Assembly: GCA_964447685.1 (NCBI GenBank)
Contig: CAYUTI010000003.1
Span: 7,026 to 71,025, forward strand
From: Candidatus Woesearchaeota archaeon
Lineage (GTDB): Archaea > Nanobdellota > Nanobdellia > SCGC-AAA011-G17 > CAYUTI01
Direction of reading: 5' to 3'
Length of the DNA stretch: 64,000 bases
Below, piece by piece: positions 10,280-16,697 of the stretch. Position 1 is the first letter of the stretch, and each line of letters begins with the position of its first letter. The notes under the pieces were generated by a model. That model saw only the letters and a list, made by a program, of their open reading frames with translations. It searched no databases and had not been told where the DNA came from. The position numbers and the translations under genes were made by a program.

Positions 10280-10882
10280 TTAGAATTGAACTTTTACTTC
10301 TTTCTTAGCTACAGGTTCTGCTTTAAAATATTCTTTTTTATCAAAGTGGAACATTGAAGCAATTATACTAGTTGGAAATCTTTGAATTGCTGTGTTTAAT
10401 CTAAGAACATTATCATTGTAGAACTGTCTAGCATAAGCAATCTTTGATTCAGTGCCTGCTAATTCTTCTTGTAGCATTAAGAAATTCTTATTTGCTTTAA
10501 GTTTAGGATATGCCTCTGCAACAGCAAACAAGGATTTTAAAGCATCTGTAATTTGATTTGAAGCTTGTGCTTTTTGTTCAATAGAATCTGCTTTCATTAA
10601 AGAAGTTCTTGCTTTAGTAACTGCAGTCAATACTTCTTTTTCGTGCTTAACATAACCTTTAACAGTGTTTACTAAATTAGGTATCAGATCATATCTTCTT
10701 TTTAATTGAACGTCGATTTGTGACCAAGCATTTTCTATTCTGTTTTTTAATGTGATTAGTCTGTTGTATGCTATAATTATGTATAATATAATTATAACAA
10801 AGATTACAATTATTGCTGTGATTATTAGATCCATTGTGGTGAGATATAATGGATAAGGGATTATAAAGGTTTTGGTTGACAA
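10280..10882 (-). CDS. lemA: LemA-family membrane protein
   Basis: N-terminal TM followed by LemA-like helical domain. The lemA-htpX pair is a conserved arrangement. Confidence 0.75.
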   Translation of the reverse strand: MSTKTFIIPYPLYLTTMDLIITAIIVIFVIIILYIIIAYNRLITLKNRIENAWSQIDVQLKRRYDLIPNLVNTVKGYVKHEKEVLTAVTKARTSLMKADSIEQKAQASNQITDALKSLFAVAEAYPKLKANKNFLMLQEELAGTESKIAYARQFYNDNVLRLNTAIQRFPTSIIASMFHFDKKEYFKAEPVAKKEVKVQF

Positions 10883-11145
10883 TTTCTTATATTTAAAAGT
10901 AGCATAAATGCTTGCAATTGCGACTTAAAAAAGATTGCTAAAAGTATAAACCTTTGTGAATCTGGAGAAGAAAACTATTGTCATGATGATTGTGGAAAAG
11001 AAAATAGTATTATAGATAACAACCAAGAAGAAGGTTTTTTTCAGAAGATTATTGGTTTTTTTAGAAGCTTATTTAGTTAAAATCTTAGATTCTTAAAAAA
11101 AAAAAACATTCTTTTATGACTTCTGAACATTTGGATTTAGAGAAG

Positions 11146-11260
11146 TTTTTGCGTAGCAAAAAATTTGGGAGAGCGAAGTGCAACGAGGTTTCCTGTTAAG
11201 TGAGCCGAGCGAGAGCGCAGCGTGGTCGAGGAGCGAAGCGAAGAAAGTCGAGTTTTGCCC
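11146..11260. repeat. GC-rich mosaic repeat element, copy A: hairpin ttttgcGTAgcaaaa, module Z, then the 13-bp left inverted repeat
   Basis: Shares the hairpin tttttgcgtagcaaaaaa with 11739-11757. gaagtgcaacgagg...ggtcgaggagcgaagcgaagaaagtcgag is shared with 13581-13623. Ends with tcgagttttgccc (11248-11260). Confidence 0.7.
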
Positions 11261-11295
11261 GATACATTAATAAACTTCTAAATAATTTTAATGTT

Positions 11296-11601
11296 ATGGA
11301 CATTAAAGAAATAGAAAAACGAATTATGGATTTTGCTAAGAAAAGAGCATCAGCAAAAAATTTTGATTTGACTCCAGAATTATCTTATATTCATTTAACT
11401 GAAGAATTGGGCGAAGTAGCAAGACAATTATCTAATAAAAAAATTCGCCCAGATTTATTTGATAAAGATAATCTGAAGGAAGAAATTGTTGATGTAATTC
11501 TGGAGGCAATTATTTTGGCGAATATTTGTGAAACAGATTTAGATAAAGAAATTAGCCAAAAGATTGATGCTCTTTTCAAAAGACATAATTTTTCTGAATA
11601 A
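11296..11601 (+). CDS. MazG-like nucleoside triphosphate pyrophosphohydrolase (all-alpha NTP-PPase)
   Basis: LTEELGEVARQ...EEIVDVILEAIILA EExxE/EExxD motifs typical of the MazG/HisE fold, ~101 aa. The track's GTG start at 11200 would read through the GC-rich repeat (Arg-rich artefact). Confidence 0.6.
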   Translation: MDIKEIEKRIMDFAKKRASAKNFDLTPELSYIHLTEELGEVARQLSNKKIRPDLFDKDNLKEEIVDVILEAIILANICETDLDKEISQKIDALFKRHNFSE

Positions 11602-11603
11602 GA

Positions 11604-11964
11604 GGGCAAAACTCGATTGCATTTAACATCGGAATTTAACGAAGTCGCCGAAGGCGATTTGGGGATTTTTCGCAGGAAAATCCCAGATAATCGCTGTTAT
11701 ACGCGTCTGCTAAGACCGAGCCATAGTCTGCAAGACGGTTTTTTGCGTAGCAAAAAAATGGCGAAGAGTTAAATTTAATTTTCATATCAATTCTGCGAAG
11801 CAGACTATATTTTAAGGGAATTCTCTCTCAAGCTCGAAGAGCTATAGATTAAATACATAAAGGGCAATTTCTTTTCTGGCACGAAGTGCTTTTCAATTAA
11901 ATCTTAAAGGGGTCGCCGTCCTTTTTTGCTTCTTTTTTGGAAAAAAGAAGATTATGGGGTCGCC
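11604..11964. repeat. GC-rich mosaic repeat element, copy B (hairpin-rich; modules X, Y, W)
   Basis: Starts with gggcaaaactcga, the reverse complement of 11248-11260. Contains stem-loops gtcgcc-gaa-ggcgat, gggatttt-cgcagg-aaaatccc, ttttgc-gta-gcaaaa, agctc-gaag-agct, gcac-gaa-gtgc, a 22-bp perfect palindrome at 11929-11950, and ggggtcgcc twice. Confidence 0.7.
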
Positions 11965-12027
11965 TAATTTCAAGTTAATTTAGAGTTATAGGTATTTTTA
12001 TATATTTAAAGATTTTAGATTAATATT

Positions 12028-12390
12028 ATGAGAAAGTTATATATTGTTTTGATCATTATTGGAATTTTGATAGTTGGATATACAATAAGCCTTAATTATT
12101 TTAATGCCAAATTCGATAAAGAATGGTTATCTTGTGAAACAGATGATGATTGTATTCTTGTTCCAGATTATCGAATTTGTTCTTGTGGAGATATGGCATT
12201 AAATAAGAATTTTGAAGATGATTATATGTCAATGAGATTTAAAAATAATATATATAATAAGATTTCTCTTGCCAAAATGCAAGTAATTTGTGAGGTTTGT
12301 GCAACTGTTGATCCTATAAATGGAGAAGTTGTTGGTAAATGTGGTAATTCCTTAGGAAGGAATATATGCGTGATTGGTTCTGGTTCTTAA
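12028..12390 (+). CDS. small Cys-rich secreted/membrane-anchored protein
   Basis: N-terminal hydrophobic anchor followed by a Cys-rich domain with 11 Cys (CETDDDC...CSCGD...CEVC). Confidence 0.5.
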   Translation: MRKLYIVLIIIGILIVGYTISLNYFNAKFDKEWLSCETDDDCILVPDYRICSCGDMALNKNFEDDYMSMRFKNNIYNKISLAKMQVICEVCATVDPINGEVVGKCGNSLGRNICVIGSGS

Positions 12391-12461
12391 TTTATGATCA
12401 TATTTCAAGCCAAATTGAAATTATAGAAAGACTTATATAATATCTAATTATTTATTCTGAT

Positions 12462-13100
12462 ATGCATAAAAAAATATTAATTAGTGCCTTAGTATTTATA
12501 ATGATTCTAACTAGTTTAGTTACTGCTAGTTTGTATGCTGAAAAAGTTCCAGATCCAAGCAGATTTACATCTATACAACCAAGATGGTCAGCACAATTAG
12601 AATTATCTGATGGACAAACAATAAAAGTATCTCTAATAACTTTTAAATGGTTGAGTTATCAAAATAAAACAGAAGTAACTCATATGTTCTACCTAAATGA
12701 CGGAATGGATGAATATTTAGCTGAAAAAGGTGCAGAATTTTTTGTTGAAAAATATGAATTTACATGTCAAGAGGGTTATGAAAATTGTACAAAAAAATGT
12801 GATTCTGGTGATGAATCTTGTATAGATGATTGTGTAGAAGAATTTAATTGCGGAAGTGTTTCTACTTGTAGTATATTTGCTCCAGATGACACATGCTCTG
12901 TAGAAAGAATAGAACAGAATTTTGGTAAGCACACCTTATCTTTAAATTTTGATCCTAATTCTGGCAAACCAATAATGGGACCCATAGTTTCTGATAGTGG
13001 AGTAATTATAAAATCTGCTAGCAATTATGATGGAAAACCTATTGAATTAGTAGCAGGACAAAATGGTTTTTTAAGTAAGGGGGTATTCTCATTAGAATGA
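12462..13100 (+). CDS. secreted Cys-rich protein
   Basis: Signal peptide (ILTSLVTASLYA) and multiple Cys pairs (CTKKCDSGDESCIDDCVEEFNC). Confidence 0.5.
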   Translation: MHKKILISALVFIMILTSLVTASLYAEKVPDPSRFTSIQPRWSAQLELSDGQTIKVSLITFKWLSYQNKTEVTHMFYLNDGMDEYLAEKGAEFFVEKYEFTCQEGYENCTKKCDSGDESCIDDCVEEFNCGSVSTCSIFAPDDTCSVERIEQNFGKHTLSLNFDPNSGKPIMGPIVSDSGVIIKSASNYDGKPIELVAGQNGFLSKGVFSLE

Positions 13101-13273
13101 AATTGAGATATCTGATACCTATTTTATTATTAATCTTAGTTTTAATTGTAGGTTGTGTGCAGAAATTAACTCCTCCTGAAGAGGAAGTGCCAGAAGAAAC
13201 ACTTGGAATTTCTACTCAAGAAGAACTATTTGAAGCTGTTAGAACTGCTGTGAATGAACATCTTAAAGAATAA
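13097..13273 (+). CDS. small putative lipoprotein (58 aa)
   Basis: ATG overlaps the upstream TGA (ATGA coupling). MKLRYLIPILLLILVLIVGC has a lipobox-like signal. Absent from the ORF track (<60 aa). Confidence 0.35.
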   Translation: MKLRYLIPILLLILVLIVGCVQKLTPPEEEVPEETLGISTQEELFEAVRTAVNEHLKE

Positions 13274-13632
13274 GCGACCCCAAATAAATCTCAAAACTGA
13301 AAGTTTTGACTATCTGTTGCGGAGCAACCAAGGCGACCCCCTTTTATTTTTTTGGAAATTGCCCTTTTTAGTTTTTAGAGAGAATTCCCGTTTTCTAGTC
13401 GTGAAAATTAAATTTAATTGCGTATAACATCGCGATTAAGAGAAGTCCGAAGCCCTCGAAAAAATTTCCCTCGTGAAACAGAGTTGGAAATTTTTTCAGA
13501 GATGGCGAGGATTTGGGAAAATTCCTGCAAGGGATTTTCCTCTTAATCGCTGTTAAATCCCCCGACGAACGAAGTGAGGAGAGTGCAACGGGGTCGAGGA
13601 GCGAAGCGACGAAGAAGTCACAGAACGGCGCG
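13274..13632. repeat. GC-rich mosaic repeat element, copy C (modules W in reverse orientation, X, Z), ending in the 14-bp inverted-repeat arm
   Basis: gcgacccc/ggcgacccc mirror ggggtcgcc at 11909/11956. Hairpins tcaaaact-gaa-agttttga and gttgc-gga-gcaac. agagagaattccc is the reverse complement of 11816-11829. 13504-13560 aligns with 11653-11705; 13581-13623 aligns with 11175-11252. Confidence 0.7.
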
Positions 13633-13662
13633 TTATTAGGGTGGGAATAAAAGAAAGCTTTT

Positions 13663-14391
13663 TTATCCTAAATCAAATTGTCCCCAATAATTAACTGAAA
13701 AATCTTTATCGGCAGAATCTAATTTATTGTAATCTGAATCTAATAAATCAACCTTTAAAGTATAAGTTCCGTCTTTCTCAAACATACAGCCCATTATTGA
13801 GATTTCTCCAGTTTGTTTCTGACCTGCTGAAATTGTGCTAATTTCATCAAACATAGGGCTTCCAGAACAAACTTCGTTATCGTTGCTATCATAAACATAC
13901 AAATCAAATTTTGGAGAAATCGAAACATCTCCTGTATTAGTAACGGTTACACGAGTGGGATAAAGATTTGCTACTTGAATTTGAACTCTATCAATAGATA
14001 AAGTAGCACTTTTTACTTTTTGTTTTGGAGGTTCTTGGGGCTGTGTTTGAGTATTTGAAGGAGTAGAAGTTTCAGAAGGTTGATTTACATTTTCTGTTGG
14101 TTGGATTTTTACGTCATCATTAAAGATATTTGACGAAGGCAAACTTACAGCATAAATTACAAACAGAATGATGACTAGTGTTATTTTTAATCCTCTTGAT
14201 AATTCAAAATTAAACTTTTCTTTTACAAACTTATTAACAGGTGGAAGTAAAACCAAAGACGCAAGTATAAGAGAACCACCTGCAACTATTCCACCACTAA
14301 AAAGAAAAGTTAATCCGCTTAATCCAAATAACACTCCGAAAATCCAACTTAAAACAAGACCTAATGTGATTTTTTTTGTTTCTTTTGACAT
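13663..14391 (-). CDS. membrane-anchored surface protein (N-terminal TM, Thr/Pro/Gln-rich linker, beta-rich C-terminal domain)
   Basis: 242 aa with TM segments at the N-terminus and a PSETSTPSNTQTQPQEPP linker. Own BRE/TATA at ~14413-14428 on the minus strand. Confidence 0.5.
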   Translation of the reverse strand: MSKETKKITLGLVLSWIFGVLFGLSGLTFLFSGGIVAGGSLILASLVLLPPVNKFVKEKFNFELSRGLKITLVIILFVIYAVSLPSSNIFNDDVKIQPTENVNQPSETSTPSNTQTQPQEPPKQKVKSATLSIDRVQIQVANLYPTRVTVTNTGDVSISPKFDLYVYDSNDNEVCSGSPMFDEISTISAGQKQTGEISIMGCMFEKDGTYTLKVDLLDSDYNKLDSADKDFSVNYWGQFDLG

Positions 14392-14434
14392 TATAAATAA
14401 ATTAGAATAAACTGATATAAAAAGTTTTCTAAAG

Positions 14435-14463
14435 AGGGTGGGAAAGTTAGCGCCGTTCTGTGA
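14435..14463. repeat. 10-bp direct repeat agggtgggaa plus the 14-bp right inverted-repeat arm gcgccgttctgtga
   Basis: Perfect reverse complement of 13618-13631. agggtgggaa is also at 13638-13647. Confidence 0.7.
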
Positions 14464-14565
14464 TTGGATTTAACACCTATTATACGAATAAAAAGTTCGC
14501 TTTTTATCCCTATTTTGGAGTTATTACGAACTTTTTTATACTTTGGAGTTATTTTTAAAATTATG

Positions 14566-15342
14566 GAGAAGGAAAAATATCTTCAAAAACTAAATGAAGA
14601 ACTTAAATTAAGGGGTTATTCTGAAAAAACTAAAAAAAGTTATAGTTATATTATTACCAGATATCTGGAAAAAGAAATAGATCCTAGAGAATTTTTATTA
14701 AAAAATAGTTATAAAAGTAAATCTACAATGCGTAGCAATTATTTTGCGCTAAAGTTTTTTTATGAAAATGTCTTAAAGCAAAAATTTAAAGAAGAGATAC
14801 CTCTAGCAAAAAATGAATCAAAAATACCTGTTGTATTAAGTAAAGAAGAAGTCCAAAAACTCTTTGATGTTACATTAAACTTAAAACATAAATTTGCCTT
14901 AATGCTATTATATTATACAGGGATAAGATTGAATGAGCTCATTAATTTAAAATGGGAAGACCTAGACTTTGATAGAAAGGTTATTCATCTTAAAACAACA
15001 AAAGGAAATCATCAAAGAATTATTTTTTTACATAATAAATTGATACAAATCATAACCTTCTTAGGGTTGGAAAAGAAGGGGTTTATCCTAATTTCAAATA
15101 GAAATAAAAAATATAATCAAAGATCCATACAACAAATTATCAAGAATGCTGTAAAAAAAACAGGTATAAACAAAAAAGTTACTCCTCATAGTTTAAGACA
15201 TTCATTTGCTACCCATCTATTGGATTCTGGAGCAGATATACGACATATTCAAAGATTATTAGGTCATAAGGATTTGAAAACTACTCAGATTTATACCCAT
15301 GTTACCAATAAAGAAATAAATAAACTTTCTGAATTATTGTAG
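14566..15342 (+). CDS. XerC/XerD-like tyrosine recombinase (archaeal XerA-like integrase)
   Basis: R (GIRLNEL), HxxR (HSLRHSFATH) and catalytic Y (TQIYTHV) of the tyrosine recombinase fold. ~259 aa from ATG 14566; the track's TTG start at 14464 is probably non-coding. Confidence 0.85.
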   Translation, partial: EKEKYLQKLNEELKLRGYSEKTKKSYSYIITRYLEKEIDPREFLLKNSYKSKSTMRSNYFALKFFYENVLKQKFKEEIPLAKNESKIPVVLSKEEVQKLFDVTLNLKHKFALMLLYYTGIRLNELINLKWEDLDFDRKVIHLKTTKGNHQRIIFLHNKLIQIITFLGLEKKGFILISNRNKKYNQRSIQQIIKNAVKKTGINKKVTPHSLRHSFATHLLDSGADIRHIQRLLGHKDLKTTQIYTHVTNKEINKLSELL

Positions 15343-15383
15343 ATAACGAAAGCTTTAATAACTTCTTTACTAATTTTAAAGAT

Positions 15384-16697
15384 ATGGCTTATGATGTTAT
15401 TGTCGGTAGAAATGAGTCCGACAGAAAAAGATTTGGTGAAGAGGGAACTGTTCTTTTAGGCAAGCAATATGTAAAGATGGGTCCAGTTACTAGTTTGAGT
15501 AATAATGTTTTTTTGGATGTTAATCGGCCTCATGTTATATTATTGGCTGGTAAAAGGGGTTCTGGAAAATCTTATACTCTTTCAGTTATAGCAGAAGGAA
15601 TTTCTAATTTACCAAAATATATCTCCAAAAATATTTCTGTTTTAATATTTGACACGATGGGTGTTTTCTGGACAATGAAATATAAAAATCTGATGGATGA
15701 AGATCTTTTAATGGAATGGGGAATGAGTCCTGAAGAATTAAATATTTTGTGGTGGGTCCCAAAAGGTTTCTACAAAAAGTATGAAAGAGAAAATTTACCA
15801 GTTGATAAACCCTTTACAATTAAACCTTCTGAATTAAATTCAGGAGATTGGTGTGAAGTTTTTGGTGTTAGTATGTTTAATGAAGAAGGAATTTTGATTG
15901 AAAAAGCAGTTTCAGCTGCTTCAAAAAAAGGGAATTATTCTATTTTAGATGTTGTTAAAGAGATTCAAAAAGATAAAAAAAGTAGTCAGAGGGTTAGAGA
16001 TGGTTTAGAAAATAGATTTTTAGCTGCTCATGGATGGGGGTTGTTTAGTAAGGAAGGAACTGCAATCAAAGACTTATTAGTTCCTGGAAGGACTTCAGTT
16101 CTTGATGTTAGTGTTTACACTCATGTTGCTGGAAGTTGGGCTATTAAAAATTTAGTTATTGGATTAGTTTCTAGAAAATTATTATTAGAAAGGATGATTA
16201 ATAGAAAAGTTGAAGAATTAGCTAATATTAAATATGGTACTACTTATTTTACTCGAGAAGAAGAAAAAGAAACCATGCCTCTAGTATGGTTGATGTTAGA
16301 TGAAGCTCATGAGGCTTTACCTAAAGAGGGAAAAACCCCTGCTACTGATGCTTTAGTTCAATTACTAAGAGAAGGAAGACAACCTGGTGTTACTTTAGTT
16401 TTAGCAACTCAGCAACCAGGAGAGATTCATAGAGATGTTATTACTCAGTCTGATATTGTAATTAGTCATAGGTTAACTGCTAAAAGAGATATTGAAGCTT
16501 TGAATGCAATGATGCAGAGTTATTTACAAAGCGATATGGTAGGGTATTTGAATAATTTACCTAGACTTTCTGGTTCGGGTATTGTTTTAGATGATAATTC
16601 TGAAAGAATTTATCCAATTAGAGTTAGACCAAAATTAAGTTGGCATGGTGGTGCTGCACCTAGTGCTTTAAAAATAAGAAAAGAAATTATGTTTTAA
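15384..16697 (+). CDS. HerA/FtsK/VirB4-superfamily P-loop ATPase (DUF87-like)
   Basis: N-terminal barrel-like segment (DVIVGR...GTVLLGK), Walker A GKRGSGKSYT, Walker B LMLDEAHE, ATQQPGEI sensor region. Confidence 0.7.
   Translation: MAYDVIVGRNESDRKRFGEEGTVLLGKQYVKMGPVTSLSNNVFLDVNRPHVILLAGKRGSGKSYTLSVIAEGISNLPKYISKNISVLIFDTMGVFWTMKYKNLMDEDLLMEWGMSPEELNILWWVPKGFYKKYERENLPVDKPFTIKPSELNSGDWCEVFGVSMFNEEGILIEKAVSAASKKGNYSILDVVKEIQKDKKSSQRVRDGLENRFLAAHGWGLFSKEGTAIKDLLVPGRTSVLDVSVYTHVAGSWAIKNLVIGLVSRKLLLERMINRKVEELANIKYGTTYFTREEEKETMPLVWLMLDEAHEALPKEGKTPATDALVQLLREGRQPGVTLVLATQQPGEIHRDVITQSDIVISHRLTAKRDIEALNAMMQSYLQSDMVGYLNNLPRLSGSGIVLDDNSERIYPIRVRPKLSWHGGAAPSALKIRKEIMF

Noticed and set aside
11189-11223. 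Possible group II intron domain V or other known ncRNA (gagccgagcgagagcgcagcgtgg) in the GC-rich element
   Set aside because: It lacks the required self-complementary 34-nt hairpin and there is no RT/maturase ORF nearby. It is better explained as part of repeat module Z.
11200-11295. Upstream extension of the MazG-like ORF to a GTG at 11200 (MSRARAQRGRGAKRRKSS...)
   Set aside because: The Arg-rich extension is just the GC-rich repeat element read in frame. The conserved MazG core begins at ATG 11296, preceded by an AT-rich promoter-like stretch.
14464-14565. N-terminal extension of the recombinase from TTG 14464
   Set aside because: The extension is hydrophobic junk over the IR arm and promoter region. 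Homology to Xer-type recombinases starts at MEKEKYLQKL (ATG 14566).
14566-15342. Calling the recombinase a bona fide integron integrase (IntI)
   Set aside because: At ~259 aa it is XerC/D-sized and I cannot see the IntI-specific insertion near the C-terminal catalytic region. The cassette array is therefore described as integron-like or recombinase-associated only.
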